Shown here one piece after another: positions 29,440 through 39,699 of a stretch of 64,000 nt of DNA. Source of the DNA: Spirochaetia bacterium (lineage in GTDB: Bacteria > Spirochaetota > Spirochaetia > CADAEX01); contig CAXXHA010000001.1 in the NCBI GenBank assembly GCA_963662265.2, positions 96,001 to 160,000 of the forward strand. The letters run 5' to 3'. The number at the start of each line of letters is the position of its first letter. Within the stretch, counting starts at the first letter, position 1. Both the position numbers and the translations under genes were made by a program. Under the pieces are notes generated by a model that was not told the DNA's origin, ran no database searches, and worked only from the letters and a program-made list of their open reading frames with translations.

Positions 29440-29519
29440 GATACTGAACTGGAAAAAACTCCAAAATTCGACAGGTTACCTGAAACGTAAATAAATCTTT
29501 CACTCCTTTTTATTTTCTT

Positions 29520-29720
29520 TTCTAAAAGATTCAGTTGTTTTTTATTATCTCGTTTTCTTTCTTTAGTAAAAGGATAATTTAAATCAATGATTTTTTTTTA
29601 CAGAATGTTCTTAATACAGTAATTTCAATAAATTACAGATTAAATTGAACATATTTTTCTATCGGCATGTTAAAATATAATCGAAGATATCTACGGACTT
29701 AATAAAACGACACTACGGGA
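29520..29720 (-). mobile_element. relic of the rve element 5' part with a variant end
   Basis: Aligns with 3840-4006 (e.g. AAATATAATCGAAGATATCTACGGAC) but ends in TTAATAAAACGACACTACGGGA, the inverted complement of the end at 42416. Confidence 0.7.
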
Positions 29721-29783
29721 TTTAAGAGTAATTTATTTAGTCAAATCCCTTAACAACGAAAATTATCTGCTATAGGTTACAAA

Positions 29784-30740
29784 ATGGATGAAAGAGAATT
29801 TTTATATGTATTGAAAGTTGCAGAAGAAAAATCAATTTCAGAAGCTGCCAGAAAATTATTTATATCACAACCATCATTAAGTCAATATATCAAAAAAATA
29901 GAATATAATATTGACGAACAACTATTTATCAGGACTCATGGTGGGTTTAAATTAACACATGCAGGCAGAAAGTATCTTGAATATTCAAAGAAAATAATTG
30001 ACCTTAAAAAAGGGCTGTCCAAGGAAATAAATGATATCAAGAATTTAAAAACAGGGGAAATTATAATTGGAGTCCCTGTTTACAGAGGATCTTACATACT
30101 CCCGACTATTCTTCCCCATTTTTATAAAAAATATCCTAACATTACAGTAAAAGTAATAGAAGAAAATTCTGAAAGACTTGAACAAATGGTATTAAACGGT
30201 GATATTGAACTTGCTTTTTTATGCCTCCCAATAATATCAGAAGAATTATCGTATGACATCTTGATAAAGGAAGAACTCCTTGTTGCTTTTTCCTCTAATA
30301 ACCCATTATATAAATCACTGAAAAAAGAAAAAAGGAATTCCCTTTCAATCAAAGATTTATTAGATGAAAAAATTATTCTTTTAAAAAAAGGGCAAAGGAT
30401 TCGTTATTATATAGATGAACTTTTTGAAGAACTGAAATGCAGCCCCAAAATAATTCTTGAAACAAAAAGCATTGATACTGCCAAAAGATTATCAGCTCTG
30501 GGAGTAGGAATCACAATTATGCCAGATACTTATGCAAATTATTTCAGAACAAAAATCAATCCGTGTTACATCCCTCTTGATACAAAAAACAAAGAAAGAA
30601 CACTGGTTCTGGCATATAATAATAATTATTATCAGTCAAAATCTCTTCTGGCCTTTAAAGAAATGGCAATTGATAAAATAAAGGAAACATTAGGCAGTCC
30701 ATTCCCTGAAGAAACTCTGCCTAATGATTTTTTTCCTTAA
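29784..30740 (+). CDS. LysR-family transcriptional regulator
   Basis: SISEAARKLFISQPSLSQYIKKIE HTH plus substrate-binding domain. Confidence 0.93.
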   Translation: MDEREFLYVLKVAEEKSISEAARKLFISQPSLSQYIKKIEYNIDEQLFIRTHGGFKLTHAGRKYLEYSKKIIDLKKGLSKEINDIKNLKTGEIIIGVPVYRGSYILPTILPHFYKKYPNITVKVIEENSERLEQMVLNGDIELAFLCLPIISEELSYDILIKEELLVAFSSNNPLYKSLKKEKRNSLSIKDLLDEKIILLKKGQRIRYYIDELFEELKCSPKIILETKSIDTAKRLSALGVGITIMPDTYANYFRTKINPCYIPLDTKNKERTLVLAYNNNYYQSKSLLAFKEMAIDKIKETLGSPFPEETLPNDFFP

Positions 30741-32239
30741 ACACTTTCTGTCTGCTTCACACTTCTTTTAGATTTTACAAATGGTATCAGTAAAGCTATA
30801 ACTATAATTATACATAGAACTTTTGAAATTGTTGAACCAACAAATATACTATATGAATTGTTAGAAAGGACAAGTGCCTGTCTAAAATTTATTTCCATTG
30901 TTTTACCAACAATCATACCCAGGATAAGAGGAGCAGTAGGTATTTTAACTTTTATAAAAAACATTCCGAGGATCCCGAATATTATCAAAAGGAAAAAATC
31001 TATCACACTGCTTGTGATTGCATAAACCCCGATAAATGACAATCCCAGAATAATGGGATACAGTATTTTGGGTGGAATTGAAAGAACTCTTACCAGAACT
31101 CCTGCAAGAGGAATGTTTATTACAGCAAGAACAACATTGCCTATAAGCATACTTGCCATTAATCCCCATACAATATCAGGATTATTCTGAAAAAGCAAAG
31201 GTCCTGGCTGTAATCCAAGCATCATCAAAGCACCCATCATAACAGCTGTAGTACTTGAACCGGGGATCCCCAGTGTCAGCATAGGAATCATAGAACCTAC
31301 AGATGCAGCATTATTTGCTGATTCAGGAGCAGCTAGACCAATTATTTCACCTTTACCGAATTTATCAGGATCTTTTGCCAGCTGCCTTTCAGTATTATAA
31401 GCCATAAGCGAAGCAATTGTTGCTCCCGCTCCGGGAAGGGCCCCTATTGCAAATCCTAAAGGAGCACTCCTGATGATAGGCATTTTGCATCTTTTCCAAT
31501 CATCTTTAGTTATCCATATTTTACCAAATTTCTTTTTTATTTCCTTCTTACCTTCGTTTATATCTTTATAACACTTAAAAACCTCTACCAGTGCAAATAA
31601 TGCTATTATAACAGTTAAAAATTCAATTCCCTGCTGTAATTCCATTACTCCGAATGTAAACCGGTTTACACCTGATTGAGCATCGAGACCTACTGTTGCT
31701 AAAGCAAGTCCGAAAAACATACTGACAAATCCCTTTATATAATTTCCGCGGGACATGGTAATTGTCATAGCAAGAGCGGCAAGCATTATTAAAAAATATT
31801 CAGCCGGTCCGAATTTTATTGCAAATTTGGCAACAGGAAGAGCTAAAAAGATCATTGCCGCAGTAGCAAGAATACCTCCGACAAATGAAGCAATAGCCGA
31901 TATTGCAAGAGCAGCTTCACTCCTGCCGTTTTTTGTCATTTGATATCCGTCAAAAGTTGCAGCAATCGCCGCCCCGTCTCCTGGTGTATTAATAAGTATT
32001 GAGCTTCTTGAGCCCCCATACATGGCGCCATAAAATATTCCACACATGATAATAAGAGAACCTACCGGCCCCAGCTGATATGTCATTGGCAGCAGTATTG
32101 CAACACCGGTTCCTGCGCCTAAACCGGGAAGCATCCCGATTACAGTTCCAAGGATCCCCCCAATCATTACTAAAATCAAATTCTCAGGCTGCATTGCGAC
32201 TGATAGACCATATAACAAGTTTTGCATTGTCTCTAACAT
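30737..32239 (-). CDS. tctA: tripartite tricarboxylate transporter large subunit
   Basis: GMLPGLG, YGAMYGGS..ILINTPG, APESANNA, PMLTLGIPGS. Confidence 0.93.
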   Translation of the reverse strand: MLETMQNLLYGLSVAMQPENLILVMIGGILGTVIGMLPGLGAGTGVAILLPMTYQLGPVGSLIIMCGIFYGAMYGGSRSSILINTPGDGAAIAATFDGYQMTKNGRSEAALAISAIASFVGGILATAAMIFLALPVAKFAIKFGPAEYFLIMLAALAMTITMSRGNYIKGFVSMFFGLALATVGLDAQSGVNRFTFGVMELQQGIEFLTVIIALFALVEVFKCYKDINEGKKEIKKKFGKIWITKDDWKRCKMPIIRSAPLGFAIGALPGAGATIASLMAYNTERQLAKDPDKFGKGEIIGLAAPESANNAASVGSMIPMLTLGIPGSSTTAVMMGALMMLGLQPGPLLFQNNPDIVWGLMASMLIGNVVLAVINIPLAGVLVRVLSIPPKILYPIILGLSFIGVYAITSSVIDFFLLIIFGILGMFFIKVKIPTAPLILGMIVGKTMEINFRQALVLSNNSYSIFVGSTISKVLCIIIVIALLIPFVKSKRSVKQTESV

Positions 32240-32256
32240 TTCATTTCCACCTTATA

Positions 32257-32733
32257 CTAAATCCTGATAAACGGTAAAGCGGGCAAAGGAATCCCCAAGC
32301 CATTGACAAAAACAACATAAATACCAATAGAAAATACAAATGTAATTATGCAGTTTGATTTCCACTTTTCAACACCTCTTAATAAAAATAAAACCGATCC
32401 TATAAAAAGAATAGTTGATATAACATATCCGGCTCTTTCAAATAAAAAAGCATATAACGAAGCACTTATGCATGTGTATGTTATCAGCCTGATTTGATAA
32501 ATTTCTGAAACACTTCTTTGCTGTTTTTTTTCAAACATTTTCTTTTTTACTACTTCAATTATTACTAAGTACAATCCTAAAATTATTAATCCGACAGCAA
32601 CTATACCAGGAAAAACAAGCGGAGCAAAAGGATTTCCAACAGTAGCTTTATCTGTATTCATGGTTAAAATTAAATATATTGCTCCGAAAATAAAACTGAA
32701 AAAACCAGCAAGCATATTATGACTAAATGCCAT
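32257..32733 (-). CDS. tctB: tripartite tricarboxylate transporter small subunit
   Basis: 4-5 TM helices, P..FP, GYVIST, VF..GLGIPLP; lies between tctC and tctA. Confidence 0.88.
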   Translation of the reverse strand: MAFSHNMLAGFFSFIFGAIYLILTMNTDKATVGNPFAPLVFPGIVAVGLIILGLYLVIIEVVKKKMFEKKQQRSVSEIYQIRLITYTCISASLYAFLFERAGYVISTILFIGSVLFLLRGVEKWKSNCIITFVFSIGIYVVFVNGLGIPLPALPFIRI

Positions 32734-32753
32734 TGTTAATTCTCCTCAAATTA

Positions 32754-32796
32754 AAAACTATACAGTGGTTTAATTTTTTAGCCACTGTATAGTTTT
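32754..32796. other. intergenic stem-loop after tctC (terminator or mRNA-stabilising)
   Basis: AAAACTATACAGTGG / CCACTGTATAGTTTT perfect 15-bp inverted repeat. Confidence 0.7.
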
Positions 32797-32803
32797 AGTA
32801 AAA

Positions 32804-33799
32804 TTATTTTCCAAGCATTCCAAGTTCTTTTAATAAAACTTTATAGTCTTCATTGTTCTTCTCAATAAACGGAATATAGTCTTCCTGTGATATAAACATT
32901 GCATTCCATCCGTTCTTTTTACAAATAGATTTCCATGCATCAGTTTCTACCATCTTTGAAAGAGTTTCTTCCCAATATTTCTGTACATCTTCAGACATTT
33001 CAGGAGGTCCGAAAATACCTCTCCAGTTAATAAAAGTAGCATCTATTCCCGATTCAATACATGTAGGGATTTCTGCCATTATTCCTGTTCCGATTCTGTC
33101 TTCTGAAGTAACTGCCAATGGTATTAAGTCTTTACTTTCAATCAGGCCTCTGGCATCAGCAATTCCTGATGAGAAAAGATCAGCATGTCCTCCAAGGACC
33201 ATAGCACCGCCAGCATTATCCTGCGCAGCTACATAGTCAATTTTACTCACGTTTTCAACACCTGCAGCTTTTGCAATCTTCAGGAACTGTAAATGGTCCA
33301 TACTCCCAATTGAAGATGTTCCTACAATTTTTACGCTTTTTATATCTTTTTTAAGAGCATCCATAACATCATTTATGGATTTATATTTTGAATCTTTGGA
33401 TACTGTAAAACATGCATAATCTGCAATAAGATTTGCAATCGGAGTAGTGTCTTTATAACTCAGTTCAGTTGATCCATTAAGATTTATCAGCAAAAGAGGT
33501 GGCGAGTAAACAGTGATCATATAATCATTTCCAGAATTCTGATTAGCAAGATAAGCCAAACCAACTCCGCCGCCGCCACCTGTCTTATTTGTAACAGGCA
33601 TTGGTTTATCAACAAGATTTTCTTTCTCAAGAACATTAGCTACAGATCTTATAGTTGTATCCCAACCGCCGCCGGCTCCTCCACCGCACAGAAAATCAAT
33701 TTTTTTCGATGGGTACTGAGAGTTGTCAGCACATGAAGCAATTAATAATAAAATAATTGTTACAATACATGCTTTAACAGCATTTTTCCTTTTAAACAT
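32804..33799 (-). CDS. tctC: tripartite tricarboxylate transporter substrate-binding lipoprotein
   Basis: Lipobox IASC, YPSK.I, GAGGGWDT, NKTGGGG, NWRGIFGPP. Confidence 0.92.
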   Translation of the reverse strand: MFKRKNAVKACIVTIILLLIASCADNSQYPSKKIDFLCGGGAGGGWDTTIRSVANVLEKENLVDKPMPVTNKTGGGGGVGLAYLANQNSGNDYMITVYSPPLLLINLNGSTELSYKDTTPIANLIADYACFTVSKDSKYKSINDVMDALKKDIKSVKIVGTSSIGSMDHLQFLKIAKAAGVENVSKIDYVAAQDNAGGAMVLGGHADLFSSGIADARGLIESKDLIPLAVTSEDRIGTGIMAEIPTCIESGIDATFINWRGIFGPPEMSEDVQKYWEETLSKMVETDAWKSICKKNGWNAMFISQEDYIPFIEKNNEDYKVLLKELGMLGK

Positions 33800-33827
33800 A
33801 ATTCAAATCCCTCCTGATTTTATTATA

Positions 33828-34151
33828 TTAACCAGATACCTCTACAAACATTAGAGGAACATGCTGCTGAGCAGCATGCATATCTGTTTCACCAACACTC
33901 CCCTGCATCCTGGGTCGCGGCAGTGTTATTTTTATTCCGTTTGCAATGTCGAAGTAAACAAAAGATATTATTTTTTCAATTGGAATATTATATAACTCTG
34001 AAATCAATTCCTTTGTTATTATCTTTTTATCCTTAACAGCCTGATAATCTTTTGAATCTTTAAATATTATATCCATGGTCATTTCAAAAGGTCCGGCATT
34101 TTTACTTCGGATAACTTTAGCAATATCCTTTAAATAAAGCTTTTTACTCAT
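33828..34151 (-). CDS. DUF4387 domain protein
   Basis: AKVIRSKNAGPFEMTMDI and GETDMHAAQQHVPL signatures. ATG at 34151. Confidence 0.85.
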   Translation of the reverse strand: MSKKLYLKDIAKVIRSKNAGPFEMTMDIIFKDSKDYQAVKDKKIITKELISELYNIPIEKIISFVYFDIANGIKITLPRPRMQGSVGETDMHAAQQHVPLMFVEVSG

Positions 34152-34152
34152 C

Positions 34153-35514
34153 TTAAATCTCCACAACTTTAATTGGAAATACTTCTGCAGGATCATCAAT
34201 TTCCATTAAATGATAAATATTGAATTTACATACCTTACCCAGTGGTATTTCCAAAGGGGTAAAAGGTAATGCAACATTACCAGCAGTAGCAATTCGTCCC
34301 TCATACGGATTGTGCAATAAAGAAATACGGGCCTTATTACAAACAGCATCAGCCCTTTCTTTAGTTTCAGCAACAGCTTCTATAATGATACACAGCTCCA
34401 TTGGAGGATTATCCGATAAAGTCTCTAATTCCCCCATAACTCCGTTTTTGCCATAAACATGAAAAATAAGCTGAATTTTTTCTTCCAGTTCTTTAAAATA
34501 ATCTTTTACATCTGTCTCAATTTGTGTAATTACTTCATCGATTTGAGATATAAGGATGGGATCTCTAACACCTGCAATACTGATGCTGCGATAACCAATT
34601 ATTGAAGCACCTTCCAGTTTTACAGTATAATTACTTGAGGGTTTAAATTTACTGCCTGTTACTTTAACAGCTCTTTCTGAAAATTGTTCAAAGCTGCATT
34701 CGGACAGATCCAGACTTCCCCCCGGACCTGGCAATAAATAGGGATGAGTTTTTTCATACATTGTATGTGCAGCAACCGAATAGGTCTTACATTTCTGTTT
34801 TTCACTTAATGGTTCAATGACAAATCCATCTTTTTTAAGTGTTCCGAAAATTGTCCGTCCTGAAGGTTCTGCACAAAGAGCACCACATTCCATAATTTTA
34901 CCCATGTGCCAGCACAATCCAGGATCAAAACCTTTCTTAATACCCAGAACAGCTATAGGAACGGGATCATATGCTCTTCCGGATATTATTATATCAAAAT
35001 ACCCATGTTCATCCAGCGCCTTTATATAAGGTTCAATCCCCATCTGTGCAACAATTGCTTCAGCATCATCAACATCCTGTTCTGTTAAATCGGGAACAGG
35101 ACCACAGGGGGTTATTTTCCCTTCTTCCATCTTTTTCTTTATAAGAGATTTATCAATATCACTGTAAATCAAGCACATCTTTACTTTGTAATCTTTCTTT
35201 GATGCTATTGCCCTTACAATTTCTGCAAATAAATCAACATGAATATTAGTTCCATCGCCACCTGCAGAACTTATATAAACTGGAATCTTATGTTTTAGTC
35301 CCGCAGATAATAGAATGTCAATTTCCCTATAATAAGATTCATATGAACAGGTCATATCACCAAGAGCTAATTTATGCGGACCGCTATCTGTCGATCCGGA
35401 ATCAACAGAGATAACGTCCGGATTCTTACTTAAGCCTCTTTTAAAATCTTCTATAGGAAAGCCGTAACCCAGCATACTAGTCGGAGTAAGTATTCTTATC
35501 TCTTCTTTATCCAT
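34153..35514 (-). CDS. acyclic terpene utilization AtuA-family (DUF1446) protein
   Basis: MLGYGF, VDSGSTDSGP..L, IVAQMG, GRAYDP, HMGKIMECGALCAEP, AAHTMYEK. ATG at 35514 with GGAGG RBS. Confidence 0.85.
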   Translation of the reverse strand: MDKEEIRILTPTSMLGYGFPIEDFKRGLSKNPDVISVDSGSTDSGPHKLALGDMTCSYESYYREIDILLSAGLKHKIPVYISSAGGDGTNIHVDLFAEIVRAIASKKDYKVKMCLIYSDIDKSLIKKKMEEGKITPCGPVPDLTEQDVDDAEAIVAQMGIEPYIKALDEHGYFDIIISGRAYDPVPIAVLGIKKGFDPGLCWHMGKIMECGALCAEPSGRTIFGTLKKDGFVIEPLSEKQKCKTYSVAAHTMYEKTHPYLLPGPGGSLDLSECSFEQFSERAVKVTGSKFKPSSNYTVKLEGASIIGYRSISIAGVRDPILISQIDEVITQIETDVKDYFKELEEKIQLIFHVYGKNGVMGELETLSDNPPMELCIIIEAVAETKERADAVCNKARISLLHNPYEGRIATAGNVALPFTPLEIPLGKVCKFNIYHLMEIDDPAEVFPIKVVEI

Positions 35515-35614
35515 ATTAGTTAACCTCCTACTCGAGTAATGTATTACCTTAATTAAGTAGGTCAATTATACAGGAAGAAGGTCATAAGCCCTAATACTAT
35601 TATCATGTAGTATC

Positions 35615-35632
35615 TATAGGCAAACGCCTATA
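35615..35632. promoter_or_regulatory. possible LysR-type operator upstream of the AtuA-tct operon
   Basis: TATAGG-caaacg-CCTATA inverted repeat ~100 bp upstream of the start codon. Confidence 0.4.
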
Positions 35633-35879
35633 TTGTCAATAAAAGTGATTGTTAGAAGCAGGATAATGGAATTTCAACAGGGACACTTAAAATTATTTTT
35701 ACAGACTTTTTTTGATAGTATACTTTTTCAACAATTGACTTTTAAATCTTGTACATCGCCAAAAATTTCAGACTAGAGGTCTTAATTCTGAAGCGATACT
35801 TTTTGTAATTATGGCACATTAAAACAGATTCTTCTCTTCAAAAATATTATTCAGAAGGAGTAATATTCAAAATTGCTTG

Positions 35880-36152
35880 CTGACGAACTTATCTTATGAA
35901 TCCTTTCATCATGAGCATTCATGTTTGGAGCTCATATTCCAGTTCGAACACCAGTTATTCCATAAACTGAATAATATAAAGTTGTATATTTAGATTCATT
36001 ATCATGAATCTAATAAGCTTCTTCAGAATCAAGAAAATCTTAAAAGCCTATTATTTGCTGCTGACAAACTCTCTTGTCGGTTGTTCTGTTATTCACCACT
36101 GTACTAATCTGCGGGATTTTAATGTTACTGCAGGTCAATTTGCAATGGAATG
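35880..36152 (-). mobile_element. decayed internal fragment of the rve transposase followed by a degenerate end
   Basis: Aligns with ~3135-3370 (shared CCACTGTACTAATCTGCGGGATTT, CCAGTTATTCCATAA); end-like CTGCAGGTCAATTTGCAATGG at 36128-36148. Confidence 0.8.
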
Positions 36153-36190
36153 TAGGATGTGATGTCCAATATTAACAATATAATACATTT

Positions 36191-36700
36191 GTGTTAAAAT
36201 ATTACCTTATTAAAAATAAAGAGAAATCTTTGTCTATTAAAAAATTATTATTACTAATTATTGTACATACATTATTCTTATCATGTGAATCATCAACTTC
36301 AGGAAAAGATGGAACAATTACACTAACTGTATTAAATTCACCCGATACCAGCTCCAAATTTATTTATAAAATCTATAATGCTGATGATGTAGATTTCACA
36401 GGTACATATCCAGCAGCTAAATCAGGAACAACACCAATTATTGAAGGTGATTTTATTCTCTCAGATACAACTTCATTTAATTCAACATTAAAAGATCCAA
36501 ATAATTTATCTGTGGAATACACATTCCCGACAGGAGAATATGCAGTTCTTTTTACAATTGATTCCTTACCAGTTACTATTGATTTAAATAACATGGCAGG
36601 GACTGTTGAGACAGGTGATGGCGGTGATGGTCCAAAAATTACTGTCGATGGAGACAGCTCACTGACAATTAATTATAATTCACTTGCATGGAAAATCTAA
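36191..36700 (+). CDS. hypothetical lipoprotein
   Basis: KK plus hydrophobic stretch and LFLSC lipobox; Thr/Ser-rich beta-type body; start may be the TTG near 36230. Confidence 0.7.
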   Translation: MLKYYLIKNKEKSLSIKKLLLLIIVHTLFLSCESSTSGKDGTITLTVLNSPDTSSKFIYKIYNADDVDFTGTYPAAKSGTTPIIEGDFILSDTTSFNSTLKDPNNLSVEYTFPTGEYAVLFTIDSLPVTIDLNNMAGTVETGDGGDGPKITVDGDSSLTINYNSLAWKI

Positions 36701-36754
36701 ATATGTGGAAATGATAAGCAGGATTCTTATAATAGATTTTACGTTATCATTTCC

Positions 36755-36978
36755 CATATCATTGCACAACTAAGTCTATAAAAAATCATTCATGGGTATT
36801 GTGAGGATGTCAGTCAGAAACTAATTCAATAATACTCCCCTCTCCAGAGTGAGTATTATAAAGATTTCAAATATACAGAAACCACCTGGTGTAATTATTT
36901 TTGTTAAAACAGCATTCAACCTGCAGATCCTGATCTTTTATAAAAAAACAACCGCAGATATAGTGTTGCAACAATATG
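36755..36978. mobile_element. degenerate MITE-family element with both ends
   Basis: Left CATATCATTGCACAACTAAGTC..ATTCATGGG aligns with MITE A; right end 36953-36978 reverse-complements to 21/26 identity with 11411-11436. Confidence 0.55.
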
Positions 36979-37009
36979 ATCCTGAAACTGAATACATTGA
37001 AAATTAGAG

Positions 37010-37357
37010 TTATCCGAAGTATTTCCCCTTATAAAAATTCTCATTTCCAAATTTCTTTGCAGTCATCCTAAACATAATGCAACCATCCGGGCATACTATT
37101 TCCTTGCAATATTTACTATTACCACCGATTTTTTCTAAATCACCGCCACTTCTGACCGCCTCCATGATTGAGAACATCATCATCATTACTTTTGAACAAA
37201 TACCGTAACCGTCTTTATTTACAAGGCAGCCATAAGTACAGGTGTACTTATCTCCTATTTCTTCACCGTTTCAGCAATACCGTTCTGTTTGATTACCTCA
37301 AAGAAAACCTGTTACCTCGATTTCCCATTCATACGCCTCATCATACCATTTCTTCAT
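37010..37357 (-). pseudogene. TIGR04076-like Cys-rich protein with two in-frame TGA codons
   Basis: GGAGG RBS, ATG at 37357, MKKWYDEAYEWEIEVTGFL*GNQTERYC*NGEEIGDKYTCTYGC...ICSK...EAVRSGGDL...VCPDGC...; TGA at codons 20 and 29, no frameshift. Confidence 0.75.
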
Positions 37358-37441
37358 GATAAACCTCCAAATAACTTTTCGTTTGCTGATAAAAGATTAT
37401 TAATAGGTATATTGATAATCGCTGATATATTTCTATAAAAA

Positions 37442-38683
37442 TCAATTATTCTTCTTTGCCCTTGCACTGATAATTTTCCTAATAAAGGACTCAGATATGT
37501 TTTCTTCTGAAGATTCTGACTCAACAAGAAATCTAGCAGATTCATCGTTCCAGTTCCATGAGCTAAGCTGTACTATTTCAGGTTTTTTATCAACTCCATA
37601 TATCTGCATAGCCCATTGATCTGTTTTTTTGACTGTTTTCCCCAAATCAATATATTTTTCCATTATTATCCAGTCAGGTTTTTCATAGACCTCTGGATTT
37701 GCAGAAACAGGAGAAAGTATCACATTAATCATTGATGGATTGGAAAGTTCCGATGCTTCATCCTTATATGATATATGAAGCTTTCTACTCAGAACACCTG
37801 AAGAGTAATATTCTTCAATAGTTTTTGTAAATATTTTGAAAACCTTAGTGGGATTTTCAGTATGTATAATTTCAGGAAGATATATATCAAATCCAAGCTC
37901 CTTTTCCAGTTTTGTATTCTTTGTCATTCCCCTGTATTTAAATATTGAAACAGGAGAGGATTTCATCTTATTTAATTCTTCAGGAGCTGCCGCCCTTCTA
38001 ACAAGTACTGGTTTCTTATCCTGTTCATCAGAACTGTTTCCTGATTCAAGAAACCAGAAAGCTTCCTGACTGTCATACCATGAATCCAGATATTTTTTTC
38101 TGTGCTCAGCTTCAAAATAAGCCATCTGGTCCTGATTTTCAGGTTTCCAATCACCTATTGAAGCTCCCCCATCGGAAGTAGAATAGGAGATATACCAATC
38201 AACTTTTTTTAGATTAAGGTCATTTCGAAAAACAAGCGATTTTTCGGCTTTATCAAAATAATAGTCATATCTATCTATACCAAGTCTGTTATCAAGAATT
38301 ACAAGGATATCATTATCTTTATCAATGTTGTTTAATATAAATGTATTTGGGAAATTAATATTACCTTCAACAGTGATAATATAATCTGAAAAAGAAATAT
38401 CACTCAAAAGGATTAATTCGGTAGTAGTCTCATTGTATTTCCAGTCCCCGGGAGAGAGTTCAGTTTTTCTTGAACGATCAGAACTGTTTGTTATTATTAC
38501 TTTCTGGATATCACTGAAAAGCCATGTTGTGTATATTTCCCCTTTTGTATTCTTTCCTGTGTTAAGAGAGACTGATGTGTCTTTATGCATTCCCGGAGCT
38601 GTTGCGCAGGATATGACTACACTTCCTGTTACAAGCATAAGCATTCCCAAAAAGCAGATTGATCTTAGAATTATTTTCTTCAT
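37442..38683 (-). CDS. hypothetical exported protein, probable lipoprotein
   Basis: MKKII..hydrophobic..VISC signal; ATG at 38683 with GAGG RBS. Confidence 0.7.
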   Translation of the reverse strand: MKKIILRSICFLGMLMLVTGSVVISCATAPGMHKDTSVSLNTGKNTKGEIYTTWLFSDIQKVIITNSSDRSRKTELSPGDWKYNETTTELILLSDISFSDYIITVEGNINFPNTFILNNIDKDNDILVILDNRLGIDRYDYYFDKAEKSLVFRNDLNLKKVDWYISYSTSDGGASIGDWKPENQDQMAYFEAEHRKKYLDSWYDSQEAFWFLESGNSSDEQDKKPVLVRRAAAPEELNKMKSSPVSIFKYRGMTKNTKLEKELGFDIYLPEIIHTENPTKVFKIFTKTIEEYYSSGVLSRKLHISYKDEASELSNPSMINVILSPVSANPEVYEKPDWIIMEKYIDLGKTVKKTDQWAMQIYGVDKKPEIVQLSSWNWNDESARFLVESESSEENISESFIRKIISARAKKNN

Positions 38684-38735
38684 AGAATTATACCTCTTGT
38701 CAGATATGTTATCTCCCTTGTCAGTTATTCTGGTA

Positions 38736-39554
38736 TCAGTCAAAAGTATGGTTTTCATCTTTTTTATACAAAGTAGATGCCTGAAGACGGTTTCTTGATC
38801 CGGTTTTTCTGAAAATTGCGGAAATATGAGTTTTTACAGTTGAAACAGAAATATAAAGACTATCTGCAATTTCATCATTGGTTTTTCCACTGGCAATCAG
38901 AGACAATACTTCCGTTTCTCTTTTGGAAAGCTTACAACGCTCAGCCACATTAAATTTATTGGGGGGGAGATGCTTTGAAAACTTGTAAATAGTATCGAAA
39001 AAACATACTCCAAAAACTGACAATCGGATAACTGTAGATATGAAACCGGGTATTATTTCTACTGCAAAAAGAACTCCCAAAAAAAACTGAACTGCAGATA
39101 ACCAGAACCATATTAATCCTGACTGTCTGTTTCTTTTTTCATCATCTGCCCTGAGCTGGTCTCTATATATAAGAAACATAAGAAATATCCAGATCAGTAT
39201 GTCAACAAATCCTGTGAACAACTGTAATTTCTGAAGAGACATATTCAATATCACCATGGCTGAGAACATTAAGACAGGAAGAAATGCAATTGAAAACTCT
39301 TTCAGAAAAAACTCCTTTCTCCCTGATTGCAACAATATAGCTCTATTATAAAAATAGGCTGTACAGCAAATAAAATAAATCTTTATAGCCTGTATAAATC
39401 TGTATCCCGATGCATTGGGCAAATTGCTCAGCCATTTTGGAGTACTCCACGTATAAAGGAGAGTTGTTATCATGTAAAAAAACACTGAAGTTGAAAAACA
39501 AAGAAACAGGATAATAAATGTATTTTTTTTATTTTCATTGTTTGTGAATAACAT
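38736..39554 (-). CDS. membrane-anchored LuxR-family HTH regulator
   Basis: About 6 TM helices, then LSKRETEVLSLIASGKTNDEIADSLYISVSTVKTH. Confidence 0.88.
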   Translation of the reverse strand: MLFTNNENKKNTFIILFLCFSTSVFFYMITTLLYTWSTPKWLSNLPNASGYRFIQAIKIYFICCTAYFYNRAILLQSGRKEFFLKEFSIAFLPVLMFSAMVILNMSLQKLQLFTGFVDILIWIFLMFLIYRDQLRADDEKRNRQSGLIWFWLSAVQFFLGVLFAVEIIPGFISTVIRLSVFGVCFFDTIYKFSKHLPPNKFNVAERCKLSKRETEVLSLIASGKTNDEIADSLYISVSTVKTHISAIFRKTGSRNRLQASTLYKKDENHTFD

Positions 39555-39699
39555 ATTTCACACCTTTCATAAGGAGTTATAACAATAATTTCAATCTGTT
39601 GGAATAAGAGTATTGCATCCAGAGTCAATGCTTTTATAAAATTATCGACAGACATGAATATGCAATATTACAATGATCATGAAGTCTGTTTCAGTTCAA

